Shown: piece by piece, positions 44,562 through 55,092 of the stretch
How the letters are laid out: each line of letters starts with the position of its first letter
How positions within the stretch are numbered: the first letter of the stretch is position 1
Assembly (NCBI GenBank): GCA_000004985.1
Contig: GG738902.1
Reading direction: 5' to 3' (one strand)
Length of the DNA stretch: 64,000 nucleotides
From: Naegleria gruberi
Taxonomy: Eukaryota
Program-made: the position numbers and the translations under genes
Notes under the pieces: generated by a model
What the model was told of the DNA's origin: nothing
Seen by the model: the letters and a program-made list of their open reading frames with translations, nothing else
Database searches by the model: none

Positions 44562-47128
44562 ATGAATTCGTCATCAACATCACCACAACAGGCTCCTCCT
44601 CAAGGCTTTGGAAGTTTTCCTTCCTCCCCTAACAATAACATGTATACACAGCCTCAGCAACAACAATATTCTTCCTATAATAATAGTTTAAATAGTAGTA
44701 ATAGTACTAATAACAACATGATGATGATGAATAGTGTCCACCATCATCAGCCTCTTCCTTCATCTCCTTATAATCAACATCATCATGTGGCATCTCAATC
44801 AAACACCTCACAACAGCAACAGTATTATGATAATAACAATAATTATCAGGAATATAATAGACCACCGAATAATAATAACATGAATCATTCATCATCGATG
44901 AATAATGGTACGATGATTTCACTTCCTAGTCAAAATTCCTCCTATCAGACGTCACCATCACAATATGGCAACAGTAATAACAATAACTTTATTTATAATA
45001 TTCCACCACCATCCACACCACAGCAACCACCACCTCAACAAAATTATCATAATGGAATGCAAGGAATGAGTAGTAGTTCATATCAATTTGCGAATAGTAA
45101 TGGAATGCACAATAGAATGAATAATCAAAATGTGTCACCACCCATGAATCAACAACAAAATCTCGAATCAAGTCCAGAAGAAAATTCGTCATCACCAAAT
45201 GCTGAGCAATTGGGAAATTCGGATTTTCATCCCATCGCCTGTATAAATTGCAGAAAGCAACACAAACAATGGTAAGTTTAGTTATATTTGGAATTAAATC
45301 GATAACATTTTATAGTGGTAAGTATTAAATAAGAGAAATTGATTATTTAATGTTTCGGATATATAATTTAAACCTATCAGATAAGAAATTACCAAGTTGT
45401 CAACGATGTATTTCGAAAGGTATAACTTGTGAATATAAAACGCCTAGAAGAATGAGATATCCAAATCAGTCGAAACAAAAACAACAGCAACAGTCAACTG
45501 AGGAACAGCAACAATCAGAACCAAAGAAGAAGAAAAAGAAAACCGACTCGAAAGATAACCTAACACCAAAATCAAACTCTCCTCTCGATCCAGAAAATGT
45601 TTGTGCTCCAAATACAACTCTCACTAGCAGATTCCCTCAAACTCTCTCAAAAAAGAATATTATTGATATTTATTATAGCATGATATGCGATCACTTTATA
45701 TTTATTGAAAAACCAGTATTGGAAAAGTATATTCTTTCCAAGAGTAATAGTGAAGATGTGGATGATTCAGAATTACCACTCAAGAAGGAAATGCAGACAT
45801 TCTTCTTCTCTGTGACAGCACTAGTGGAACAACGTATGGGAATGGGAGATTTATCTGAAAAATCAGCAAAGAAGGCTAGAGATTGTCTTTCTAAACTTTT
45901 TGATGAAATGAATAACTTTGTAGTTGCCTGTTCGTATGCAAATTTGGGATCATATGAGATTGGATCAGGACGAGTCAAACTATCCAGGTTCTATTTCCAT
46001 AATGCCAAGTTTTACTTTGAAAGTTTGGACGATTCTGAAAAGTCAAGGTTATCAGAGCATGAAAAGGCTCTCCAAAAATACTTGACATCAGTGGAAATTG
46101 TAAATGCAGATAATGATCTAGGAATTTCAGCCATGATACATGACATGCCAAAAGTTTTTCATTTCACCACAGGACATCACTTACCTCAAGAAATTGTTAA
46201 AGCAACTCAACAAGAGGTCAGTCCTTCGAATTGTTTGGACTATCTCAAGATTGTGGAAATGATTGCCTCGTACTTGAACAAGTATTTCAGAGGTATGGCC
46301 ACTAAAACTAGAGGAGAAAAGGAAATGGAAATGTATGACAAGGGTAGTAATCTCTGCCAAGGTTTACTAATGAACGGATTACGTGTAGGTGTCTTGACTA
46401 AGGCAGGGTATGGCAAGGATCTTATTGAAGAGTCTTCTTTGAGAATTACGTATGCGTCCGAGAGTGAATTTTTTCCATTCCTTCCTGTTATTGTAATTCC
46501 ACACGTTGCTCTCGCTGCCCGTATTCACTTACAAATTGTAAAAAAGATTGAAAATGGTACCAGACAAAATCATCAGAAAGGGCTCACTTTCCAAAATACC
46601 GTTGGACCTATTGATTATTTTGATATTCTGGCAAAAGATTACAGATCACTCATTATTCTCTCTAAAAGATTTAAGAGAGTGTCGGTATGTTACGGTTCTC
46701 TCCTTGATGAAATTAAAGAGATTTTAGGTAGGAGAGTTGAAGCTCAGCAAAACAACGACACCACCTCGACAAATAACTCTAATACTGTTACTACCCCAAT
46801 TGCAGATGATGCACTCTTACAGCCACTTTCCTTAGACTCTTCCAGCCTGCCTCCACTGTCCTTCCTTCTAGGTTCTATGAATGATAATCCTTCACTACCT
46901 CAATCTTCAAGCTCTCAAAAATCAACCCTTGATGGATATGCTTCCAACAATTTACAACAAAGCATTTTCAATTCAATAATTCAATCTCCAATCAAATCAC
47001 CCTCACAACAACAAGAGTTGTACTTTGCTGATCCATTCTTTACACACGAAGATTTACAACAAATATTTTCTCCACATACGTATGGCGATTTTGAGGATGT
47101 ATCAGAATATAGTTTTAATGTGAAATAA
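44562..47128 (+). CDS. Zn(II)2Cys6 transcription-factor-like paralogue. Exons 44562..45271, 45316..45317 (2-nt microexon) and 45381..47128.
   Basis: Exon 1 ends ...FHPIACINCRKQHKQ + tg. Intron 1 is 45272..45315 (GTAAGT...TTTTATAG). Microexon is TG. Intron 2 is 45318..45380 (GTAAGT...CTATCAG). Exon 3 starts ATAAGAAATTACCAAGTTGT. The spliced protein reads ACINCRKQHKQCDKKLPSCQRCISKGITCEY. The N-terminus is N/Q-rich; the C-terminus is homologous to the minus-strand paralogue. Confidence 0.7.
45316..45317 (+). other. 2-nt microexon (TG).
   Basis: TTTTATAG|TG|GTAAGTATTAAAT. Without it the zinc-cluster frame cannot be joined. Confidence 0.6.
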
Positions 47129-47154
47129 ATTAGTTCCTTTCCCATATAATATCT

Positions 47155-47493
47155 CTATTGTTCTTCCACGTATTTGGCTACATATTCAGGATAGCATGGC
47201 AATCTATCTCCTAGCATAACGTGGTGATTACCAGTTTGAGTTTCAGCTGTTGGTTCAAAGACTGGTTCCAAAGGCTTTTCCACAAATACTTCGTGATCTT
47301 TCTTAACTGGTAATTCTTCCTTCTTTTCTTCAACAACTGGTGTTTCTGTAATTGTTTCTTCCTTCTTTTCTTCAACTGGTGCTTCTACAACTTGAGTAGT
47401 TTCCACAGAAATTGGTGGTACTTGTTCAATTGAACAAATAAATGGAATTGTTTCTTGAATTAACTTTTTACAATTTTCAACTTGATAATTCAA
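47155..47493 (-). CDS. Acidic E/P/V-rich ORF (112 aa). Either a separate small gene or a C-terminal extension of the upstream ankyrin/coiled-coil gene via an unresolved frameshift or splice.
   Basis: It overlaps the stop of 47477..48148 by 17 nt in a different frame. No canonical intron or single-base homopolymer change joins them. Confidence 0.25.
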   Translation of the reverse strand: MNYQVENCKKLIQETIPFICSIEQVPPISVETTQVVEAPVEEKKEETITETPVVEEKKEELPVKKDHEVFVEKPLEPVFEPTAETQTGNHHVMLGDRLPCYPEYVAKYVEEQ

Positions 47494-49381
47494 TCAGGTA
47501 AATTCCAATTTGAACTTTTTTAGGAATAAATTGTTGTAATTCAACAGTTTCGTTTCCAAGGCTCTCCATGATTTTTCTTAATAATTCATAAATTTCAATA
47601 ATTTCACTTAATTCATCCTTATTTAACAATTGAATGTCAGTTAAATATTCTTGATTCAAATATGTTTTGATAAATTCATCCAATACTATTAACTTCTCTT
47701 CCAATTCTTGAATATATTTGGTCAATTTCATTAAAAAATTCTCCGATTTAATGCTTTCTACCATACAAGTCATGTTTAACTTTAGTTCATCAACTTGTGA
47801 ACTTTCTTGTTCAAGTTTCAATTCATTAGCATGTTCAAAACAATTCTTTAACTTTTCACAAATTTCCAAATATTCTTTTTGAAATTCATTTTCTAATACA
47901 GTACATAAAACCTTAATTGCATTGATTTGTGAATTGGATTGAGTTTCTTCTTGTCTTTCAATATTTGTTTCTTGTGTTTCGTCTTGTTCTTTAATATTTT
48001 CGTCTTGTTTTTCGAGAGTTTCTTGATTTTCATCATGTTTTTCCTCTTGTTGTTCGAGAGTTTCTTGGTTTTCATCATGTTTTTCAAGTGGTTCTTGTTT
48101 TTCAAGAATTTCTTTCTTAATTTTATCTTTTTCAACTTTTTCATTCAATTCCTTCTTAATTTTGGAAATTTCCTTTCCGTTGACTTTCCATAAATTGTTA
48201 ATTTTAATATTTGGTGATTGAAGTAATAATTTAACAATTTCTAAACGTCCTTTTTCACATGCAATATGTAATGGAGACTAATAAATATTTAAAAATGTTG
48301 TAATTATTATTACTTACTTCCTATTATGGTAATGTTTAAAATAAGTATTAAATACAAACCATCTAAATAATAATGTAAAATATTTTAAATATTTAATTCT
48401 TACATGCTACGAGGAAATAATTAATAAATTAATTATTAATTTACATACTTCCTAAAATAGATAAATAATTTAATTGGTTAATTACTCACTTTCTAATAAC
48501 AAAGTTGGCAAATTAATTTCAATATTTAATAATACTAACTTCCTATTAAAAAAATTAATATTAAATATTAAAAATACTAACAATCTAAAAAAATGTAAAT
48601 ATTTAAAATTGTTTAAAAACTTACAACTCTCTAAAACAAATATACACGTAATTTAATTAGTAGAGACTTACTTGCTAATAAAAATATTAATTTAAGATTA
48701 TATTACTTAAATTACATACTTCCTAATAAGGAACTTGTTCATAAATAAAGAATTTAATACTTACTCCCTAATAATATTAACATTAAATAGTTATAAGTGA
48801 AATACTAACTTTCTAATAAATTATTTTATAAATAACTAAGTATTAAATACTTACATGCTAATAAAATGCTAATTTAATACAAAATTACCAAATTTAGAAT
48901 ACTTACATACTAAAAATAGTATTATTTTTATATTTTTTAATATTAAATTACTTACAGTCTGAAAATATTATTATTACAATGCTAGCAACACTTACAAACT
49001 AATAGCATTAAATATAAATAATTAATTATTCAATTCCTTACATACTAATTAATTATTTAGTATTTTACAATATTTCCTTAAATACTTACTTTCTACAATC
49101 ATACCCATTTAGATCTTATTAAACAATTGATATTCTACTCACATACTACTCAATTTTAAATATTTATAATGTTAATATTAAATAGTACTTACTCCCTTAT
49201 TCACATCAAGTCCTCCACAATTCAACAATAACTTGACAATTTCCAAATGTCCCCTCTCACAAGCCATGTACAACAATGTCTTATTCCGATCAGATTCATT
49301 TACCTTCGTTGGCTTGAAATACTTTTTAAACTCGGCAACGTTTCCACTATTTGCAGCATCTACAAGATGAGGAGAGAGCAT
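47477..49381 (-). CDS. Ankyrin-repeat plus acidic coiled-coil protein. First exon 49381..49193, a 915-nt microexon/mini-intron array at 49192..48278, and a downstream exon 48277..47477.
   Basis: Upstream exon reads ...TLLYMACERGHLEIVKLLLNCGGLDVNKG. Downstream exon reads SPLHIACEKGRLEIVKLLLQSPNIKINNLWKVNGKEISKIKKELNEKVEKDK..., in frame with ORF 47477..48148, then an E/K-rich helix. Confidence 0.65.
48278..49192 (-). other. Array of 20 tandem mini-introns (about 37-50 nt) separated by 19 microexons of 3 nt (one alternatively 6 nt).
   Basis: The minus strand reads GGA|GTAAGTAC...GAGTAG|TAT|GTGAGTAG...TTGTAG|AAA|GTAAGTAT...TAATTAG|TAT|GTAAGG...TATTAG|TTT|GTAAGTG...TTTTCAG|ACT|GTAAGTAA...TTTTTAG|TAT|GTAAGTAT...TTATTAG|CAT|GTAAGTAT...TTATTAG|AAA|GTTAGTAT...TTATTAG|GGA|GTAAGTAT...TTATTAG|GAA|GTATGTAA...TTATTAG|CAA|GTAAGTCT...TTTTAG|AGA|GTTGTAAGT...TTTTTAG|ATT|GTTAGTAT...TTAATAG|GAA|GTTAGTAT...TTATTAG|AAA|GTGAGTAA...TTTTAG|GAA|GTATGTAA...CTCGTAG|CAT|GTAAGA...TTATTTAG|ATG|GTTTGTAT...CATAATAG|GAA|GTAAGTAA...TTATTAG|TCTCCA. 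None of the 3-nt units is a stop codon. Confidence 0.7.
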
Positions 49382-49532
49382 TTTGATGTTTGGTGTTGTT
49401 TTGTTTTTTTTGAATGAAATTTTCTTTTTATCACCATATTAAGGCCTTAATGAAAGTTCATTATGGTTTGGGAACTTGTAATTTCTAGAAGTTGCGTTTG
49501 GAGTTTAATTAGAATGTTTAAAAATTGAAGTA

Positions 49533-51506
49533 TTAATCAGAATCACCAGAATATGATTCATAATCATCGGTTGAAATCATTTCTTGTTCGCGTGGTAAAC
49601 CATTAATGTAATCGGCATAATCTACTCGCAAATATTTGACTAAATGGAAAAATTGAGATCGTAGCATGGTGTTACCTTGAACGAACTCTCGTGCTTCGAT
49701 TTCTACACTATTACAGTTAATTTCTAGTAAACGGATAGCTAGCTCAATTATTCCTGTTTGTATCAGGGCAAGATTCCTCTTATTTTCAATGTCAAAATTA
49801 AGAACTTTCAGTGTTTTAGTTTTGGCTAAAGTAAAGTTGACTGCCTTATCAATATCCAATAGAGCTATTAAACCTGCAAAAATGTAAATGGAACGTTTCT
49901 CCAACATTGCTCGCATTAAAATTTCTACTAGCTTTTCAAGATTAGGTGGCTTAATTCCTTTCACAATATAGTCACAAACTAAATTGATGAGGCAGTTATT
50001 ATTTAGTGGAATCCAAGAGTTTTTGATAGCCAAGCTATAAATAAATTCCATATTTGATACCGCATTGCTTATAGGTTCAATAGCGTCATACATTTGATAT
50101 GAAACAAGTACTCTTGCTGGTCCAGTTAGTTCATTATTTGATCTGAAATAGAAGAGTAATAAATCCGAAATGACTTTCCTTATGTTATCATCCAAAAGTT
50201 GTTTCTCTGAAAGCAGTTGGTGTATGCGTAAACATAGAACCAATCGACCAGCCATTGTTTCTGGAAGTACGGTTTTCCAAGTTATAAATCCAGGTATTAA
50301 AGATTTAACAGCTAGCACCATCCTTTCCGTCATTCCTAATATTATTAAAATGGTTTCTATGAATTTGAAATACTCAGATTCAAGTGGATATTTTACAATA
50401 TTAGAAATTATACTTGTCAATTCGTCATCCTTAATCATCTTGTTAGTTAATTCCATTGTAGCACACAAAAAATTAAGAAATGGTTCAACATCCTCAGGTG
50501 TTTCCACTTTAAATTCAATCGTACCGTTGTAAATTACTTCCAAACATGACTGATCGAGCATAATTTGGTCCAAATGATATGGTAAACCTAGTAATAAAAT
50601 TTTTCTAATGGAATATGGAGCATTTTCGAGAATCTCTTTGATATAGAAATTTCCGAATGTTTCATCGCTGAAAAGGGCACATTTCATGGCTATTTCTCGT
50701 AAATCTAACAACTCTGTAGCATCCCCAATAATTCTAAAATAATGTGCAATGAATGCACTAAATTTGAGTTTTTCAACAACTTTCAAAGCTTTTCTTAATC
50801 TTTGATTGTGTTCTTCATTTCGTTCCAAATCACTAATAGCATCAAACTCTTGATTTAGAAAAGCAAATGTTGGAAACGGACAACTATGAGCATAGATTCG
50901 GAGTATGTCTATTAAATTCTCATCTGGTTCTACGTCAATTCTTTCATATAATAGTTGGAATAAGTTTTGCAACATTGGTTCATTTTTGGTTGTACGAACA
51001 ATTCTAAGGTCTGCATACTTTGAAAGTAATTTTTTTTCTCTTGTTGTCCATTTTGGACACATTGCCTTGTCATTCCAATATTTTTCATTATAATGTGACA
51101 AGAAATCAATTAACTTGATGTAAAAAACATGAGAAAGAGTAGCACCTTCAGTATTCATACACGCCCAGACAGCATGAAAATACCAATACGGTACCACATG
51201 TTCATACTTAGTATTTGGAAACAGAAAATTGTCCCTTGTCTCCTTATAGTCATCCAAAAATCGATAAACCAACTGGCCAGCACCACCAAGGTTGATCACT
51301 TTAAATAAATTTGTAATATCATCATCGTCACTCCAAGAAATTTCCGTAAATGTTTCTTCATCTTCCATCATGTCATTTTGAACAATATCACACAACAGTT
51401 CATAGCTTGTGTAAATGTCTCCCCCAGGCAGCTCATCGGACAGTTGTGACTTGTGCAAATGTTCCTTCAGAGCATCACGGTTAGGTCCATCACGAAGTTT
51501 GAACAT
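49533..51506 (-). CDS. Hypothetical protein (657 aa), helical; no recognised domain.
   Basis: Uninterrupted ORF with an ATG start and a D/E-rich C-terminus. Confidence 0.5.
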   Translation of the reverse strand: MFKLRDGPNRDALKEHLHKSQLSDELPGGDIYTSYELLCDIVQNDMMEDEETFTEISWSDDDDITNLFKVINLGGAGQLVYRFLDDYKETRDNFLFPNTKYEHVVPYWYFHAVWACMNTEGATLSHVFYIKLIDFLSHYNEKYWNDKAMCPKWTTREKKLLSKYADLRIVRTTKNEPMLQNLFQLLYERIDVEPDENLIDILRIYAHSCPFPTFAFLNQEFDAISDLERNEEHNQRLRKALKVVEKLKFSAFIAHYFRIIGDATELLDLREIAMKCALFSDETFGNFYIKEILENAPYSIRKILLLGLPYHLDQIMLDQSCLEVIYNGTIEFKVETPEDVEPFLNFLCATMELTNKMIKDDELTSIISNIVKYPLESEYFKFIETILIILGMTERMVLAVKSLIPGFITWKTVLPETMAGRLVLCLRIHQLLSEKQLLDDNIRKVISDLLLFYFRSNNELTGPARVLVSYQMYDAIEPISNAVSNMEFIYSLAIKNSWIPLNNNCLINLVCDYIVKGIKPPNLEKLVEILMRAMLEKRSIYIFAGLIALLDIDKAVNFTLAKTKTLKVLNFDIENKRNLALIQTGIIELAIRLLEINCNSVEIEAREFVQGNTMLRSQFFHLVKYLRVDYADYINGLPREQEMISTDDYESYSGDSD

Positions 51507-52162
51507 TTTTTTTCTTATTAAAATTAGTTAAATATTATTAAATAAATAAGTTTGGAGCTATTTGGTTTTTTGGTGACAATATAATGTTACGCCACCGAAG
51601 CTCCAACTCAGAAAAATTTTCAAAATTCAAAGTAAAATTGTGTTTGTGTTATTAGAGTGTTAATAATTAAATACTGTCGGTTTCAATCCCTTATCGTTTA
51701 CGCAGACTTTTTATTGATGGTGCGATTTTATTATTGGTAAACAACTCAAGCAGGAACTATTCTAATCATTCAAAAAATTATTCATATTGGTGTGGGTGTA
51801 ATTAAGTTGGGGGGGCTACGTGCAGTTAAGAACAACTAGATCTGATGCTCTATTCAGTCTGTGTAATGTTACTTTTGGTTGCAACGAAGGAATGGAATTT
51901 TCTAATTATTTTGAATGTATCTGTCTAGAATCCAAAGTGAAACCTTTTCCAAGATTAAATAAAACAACTTTGGATTATTTAATAACAATTATTCCTTCGT
52001 CCCAATTAATATCAATCTCAAAAAGAGGAAAATCCAATGTATTACTGTATATCATCAAGTTGTGTCAATCATCCCACCTTTATTTATTGAGATAATCAGC
52101 TGGCTTCCAGTTTTTCTAAAATGCACTAATATGGCAATGCTTATTTTGACTTTTCAAAAAAA

Positions 52163-52564
52163 ATGACCAAAAATTGTAAAAGAAAAGGAGTTATTATTGA
52201 TGAATTAACGTATGAAGGATCATCAAAACCAAAGGATTTCTGTTGTGTTTGTAAATCCAAACATGATACAGTTATTTGGAAGAAGGGTTCCTTTACACTC
52301 ACTCCTTTAGCATTAAAGATGGCTTCACTTATGAAAAATTGTGTCATTGATGGCAATTTATGTGGAAATGTTTGTTGTAATGCAGCGTATGTGGAAATAT
52401 GTAATTATTACAAGTCTCCAATAGGGAAAGGAAAGGCAGATTCACTAAAAACCATCAAGGATCCCATCTGGAAAACTGATAACAAAATTCGAAAACCGAA
52501 ATTCGAAATTGTTAAATCGCAAAGAACACTTGTACCAATTTTACTTTACTATTTTATTCAATGA
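52163..52564 (+). CDS. Small Cys-rich hypothetical ORF (133 aa); weak.
   Basis: ORF only. It could instead belong to the 5' region of the downstream gene. Confidence 0.2.
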   Translation: MTKNCKRKGVIIDELTYEGSSKPKDFCCVCKSKHDTVIWKKGSFTLTPLALKMASLMKNCVIDGNLCGNVCCNAAYVEICNYYKSPIGKGKADSLKTIKDPIWKTDNKIRKPKFEIVKSQRTLVPILLYYFIQ

Positions 52565-52847
52565 ATAAGGGATGAAAAACATTCATTAGAAGAAGATAGA
52601 TTCCCAGTAATATATTCTCTCTCTGTACAATTTATTATTTCAATATCTGTCAAGTTAATTGAGATAGAAGGTTTTTCATTAGCTCATACCAAAATAGCTG
52701 GAGTTGAACTTCCTTGAAAAAGAAGTCTGGAAATTCCAGGAAAGAATTTGGAACAAAAATCTTTCCTAGAAAATCCAGAGAAAAATCTTTCCGGCTACAT
52801 TACCAAAAGGGTCAATCATCTCTCTACCAGCAGCCAATTCGAATCCT

Positions 52848-55004
52848 TTGACCAAACTATTCAATAATATTGAGGAACAATTTAGTAGTAAACAACTCTC
52901 CAAAAGAGAACAACGAAAAACATCTCAACTCAACGTTAATGATCCTAAATTTTGTGAGTTGGATATTGAAATCGTTCTTAAGTGTTTTCCAGAAATTAAA
53001 CCTGCAAGCTTTATTTTAGAAACCATATTACAGGAACAAAATGAGTATCCTCTTGATGTACGTTATATGGTAGCATTAGCAGTGGCCAAATATGATGTTG
53101 GAACTCAAAATATTTATGATATTGTCAAATTAGTTGGTAATTTGCCAGAGTTTGGTAATTTAAAATTACGCGATGCCATGAATTCTGACACAGTAATAAG
53201 ATGTATTGTTGAGATTGGATTATGTGTTAAAGTTGCACTTTCTTTAATCCTAAGTGAATCTTTGGATTTGTTGTGGTCTTGTGATGAAACAGAGGATCAT
53301 TATAGAAGATTTCTTGCCATTACAGCACATGGAATGTTGAAAGACAAACCCTGGCATTTTGTTCTTGGTTTATCCGAAATTAGTGATCATGCCAGCGTAA
53401 ATATTGGTTGCAAATCTGGAATATTGACACAATTCAATAATCAAAGAAGACTGGATTATAAAGAAACTGATCCTTATGGTGTCACAGTATTGGAAGATTG
53501 TATATTTTTGAGTTGTGCTGATCATACGGTTGCTTTAGCGGCTAAAAGAGCTCACAAGCAAATGGCAGAGATATGCAAGGAGTTTAAAGTATATGATCCA
53601 ACAAAAATTCCTCCGTGCTATCTTAGTATTATTCATTACATTACTTCCGTGATATCATCTAAGTTCAGAACTACTTCCAAAAACAAATATCTTGCATTCG
53701 AAAGTAAGTGGAAATTAAAAAGTAGACCAATGGTCTGTGTAGATGAAATAAGATATTGCTCAGTTGATATTGTAGCAAACTTGATTGTTGAGAGATTATA
53801 TTTTTTTAAAAGTATTAGAAGATACATCACTGACAAAAAGTTGTATGAGGTATTGATGTTATTGGATAGAAAAGAAATAGTGATGATGTTGTGTGTTAGT
53901 TCTTGCATGTGGACATCTCTTTACTCCAAATATATGAAGAGTGGTTCCATTATTTCCTCTTCCAGTTATTATTTGGAATATTTGGAAAAGCTTACAGCTA
54001 TCATTTCAAATCCAAATAATTATTCCTATATATTGAATGTAACTTTTGAAATAACACCAGAGTTATTTCGGGAATATTATAACTCAACTAAATCCTTAAC
54101 TTTGAATATTCCTTCACTAATATCAGGTCAAATAGAATATGAAAATAATATCTTGCCACTCAATCAATTTGAAGAGCAAATTGGTAAAAGCCTTGTTCAA
54201 AATAGAGCTATAGAACAAGACAAAGTTGCAGTTCTGATATTAGAAGAGTCGTCAGAAGATAATATAGAGCATGTAGATATTAGTTGCATTGGTAATGTTC
54301 AAGAAAACCTATTTATGAGGTTCGGTGAAGCAATCATCTCTGGAAATGTTACTTCCTTAGTGGATTATATTACCAAAAATAATTATGCTACAGAAAAGTT
54401 GTACTCAGATTTCATTACAGCAACAAATAGATTGTGTGAAAGAACATTCTCCACTGTGAAATATGCTCTTGATGATAATTCTAGAACCAGAGCACTGGTA
54501 ATCGAGTCAATAATATTAGTCAGGCAATTTCCATTAGACTTGAATGTCAGTAGCTTTTCTCCATTATTTGAATTCAAAAAGAAAGCTAGAGTATTGCTAG
54601 ATTCACAACAAACAAGAAAAGAGATCGCCTCGGAGAAGGTGGTCATTGAATTAAAACAGGCTGAAGAAGAATCCCAAAAAGTAGCAAAGAAGCACTCTCA
54701 ACAGTTAGAAGGAGAGTTGACAGATCAATTATTGAGAGTATGTGGAATAACATTAGATACCAATCTCAAACCTTATACTAACAAATGGTACGCATTGGTA
54801 GTAGATAAAATTAAAAAACACTACAATGGAAAGAAGAAGAAGAAATGGAGGAAAACTTTTCGGAAAAAGAGTGATTATGTACAATTTTTGGCACAAATTG
54901 CACTTGAAGAGGAGAATAGATTGTGGAGAGAAGGGTTGCCATCATCACAGTCTGATTACTCACAACAAAATGCGTTCACAATCGAGGAACCAAGTACACA
55001 ATGA
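52848..55004 (+). CDS. Hypothetical protein (at least 718 aa). The annotated start is a TTG, so the true start is upstream or in another exon.
   Basis: The long ORF is open upstream to 52698 with no in-frame ATG before it. The C-terminus is K-rich. Confidence 0.45.
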   Translation: MTKLFNNIEEQFSSKQLSKREQRKTSQLNVNDPKFCELDIEIVLKCFPEIKPASFILETILQEQNEYPLDVRYMVALAVAKYDVGTQNIYDIVKLVGNLPEFGNLKLRDAMNSDTVIRCIVEIGLCVKVALSLILSESLDLLWSCDETEDHYRRFLAITAHGMLKDKPWHFVLGLSEISDHASVNIGCKSGILTQFNNQRRLDYKETDPYGVTVLEDCIFLSCADHTVALAAKRAHKQMAEICKEFKVYDPTKIPPCYLSIIHYITSVISSKFRTTSKNKYLAFESKWKLKSRPMVCVDEIRYCSVDIVANLIVERLYFFKSIRRYITDKKLYEVLMLLDRKEIVMMLCVSSCMWTSLYSKYMKSGSIISSSSYYLEYLEKLTAIISNPNNYSYILNVTFEITPELFREYYNSTKSLTLNIPSLISGQIEYENNILPLNQFEEQIGKSLVQNRAIEQDKVAVLILEESSEDNIEHVDISCIGNVQENLFMRFGEAIISGNVTSLVDYITKNNYATEKLYSDFITATNRLCERTFSTVKYALDDNSRTRALVIESIILVRQFPLDLNVSSFSPLFEFKKKARVLLDSQQTRKEIASEKVVIELKQAEEESQKVAKKHSQQLEGELTDQLLRVCGITLDTNLKPYTNKWYALVVDKIKKHYNGKKKKKWRKTFRKKSDYVQFLAQIALEEENRLWREGLPSSQSDYSQQNAFTIEEPSTQ

Positions 55005-55092
55005 TGTTTTTGTTTTTTTTTAATAAAATTTTACAACAAAAATGCGCACCAATCAAATTACTGGCGTAACATTAGTGACAATACTTTACGTT

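Noticed and set aside
48200-49200. An extremely AT-rich interval with a recurring 12-15-nt motif, which first looked like a satellite or CRISPR-like array.
   Set aside because: The units vary in length (37-50 nt) and sequence apart from splice-site consensus. They are strand-specific and sit exactly between two in-frame exons. This is a eukaryotic nuclear context, so it is interpreted as a mini-intron/microexon chain rather than a simple repeat or CRISPR.
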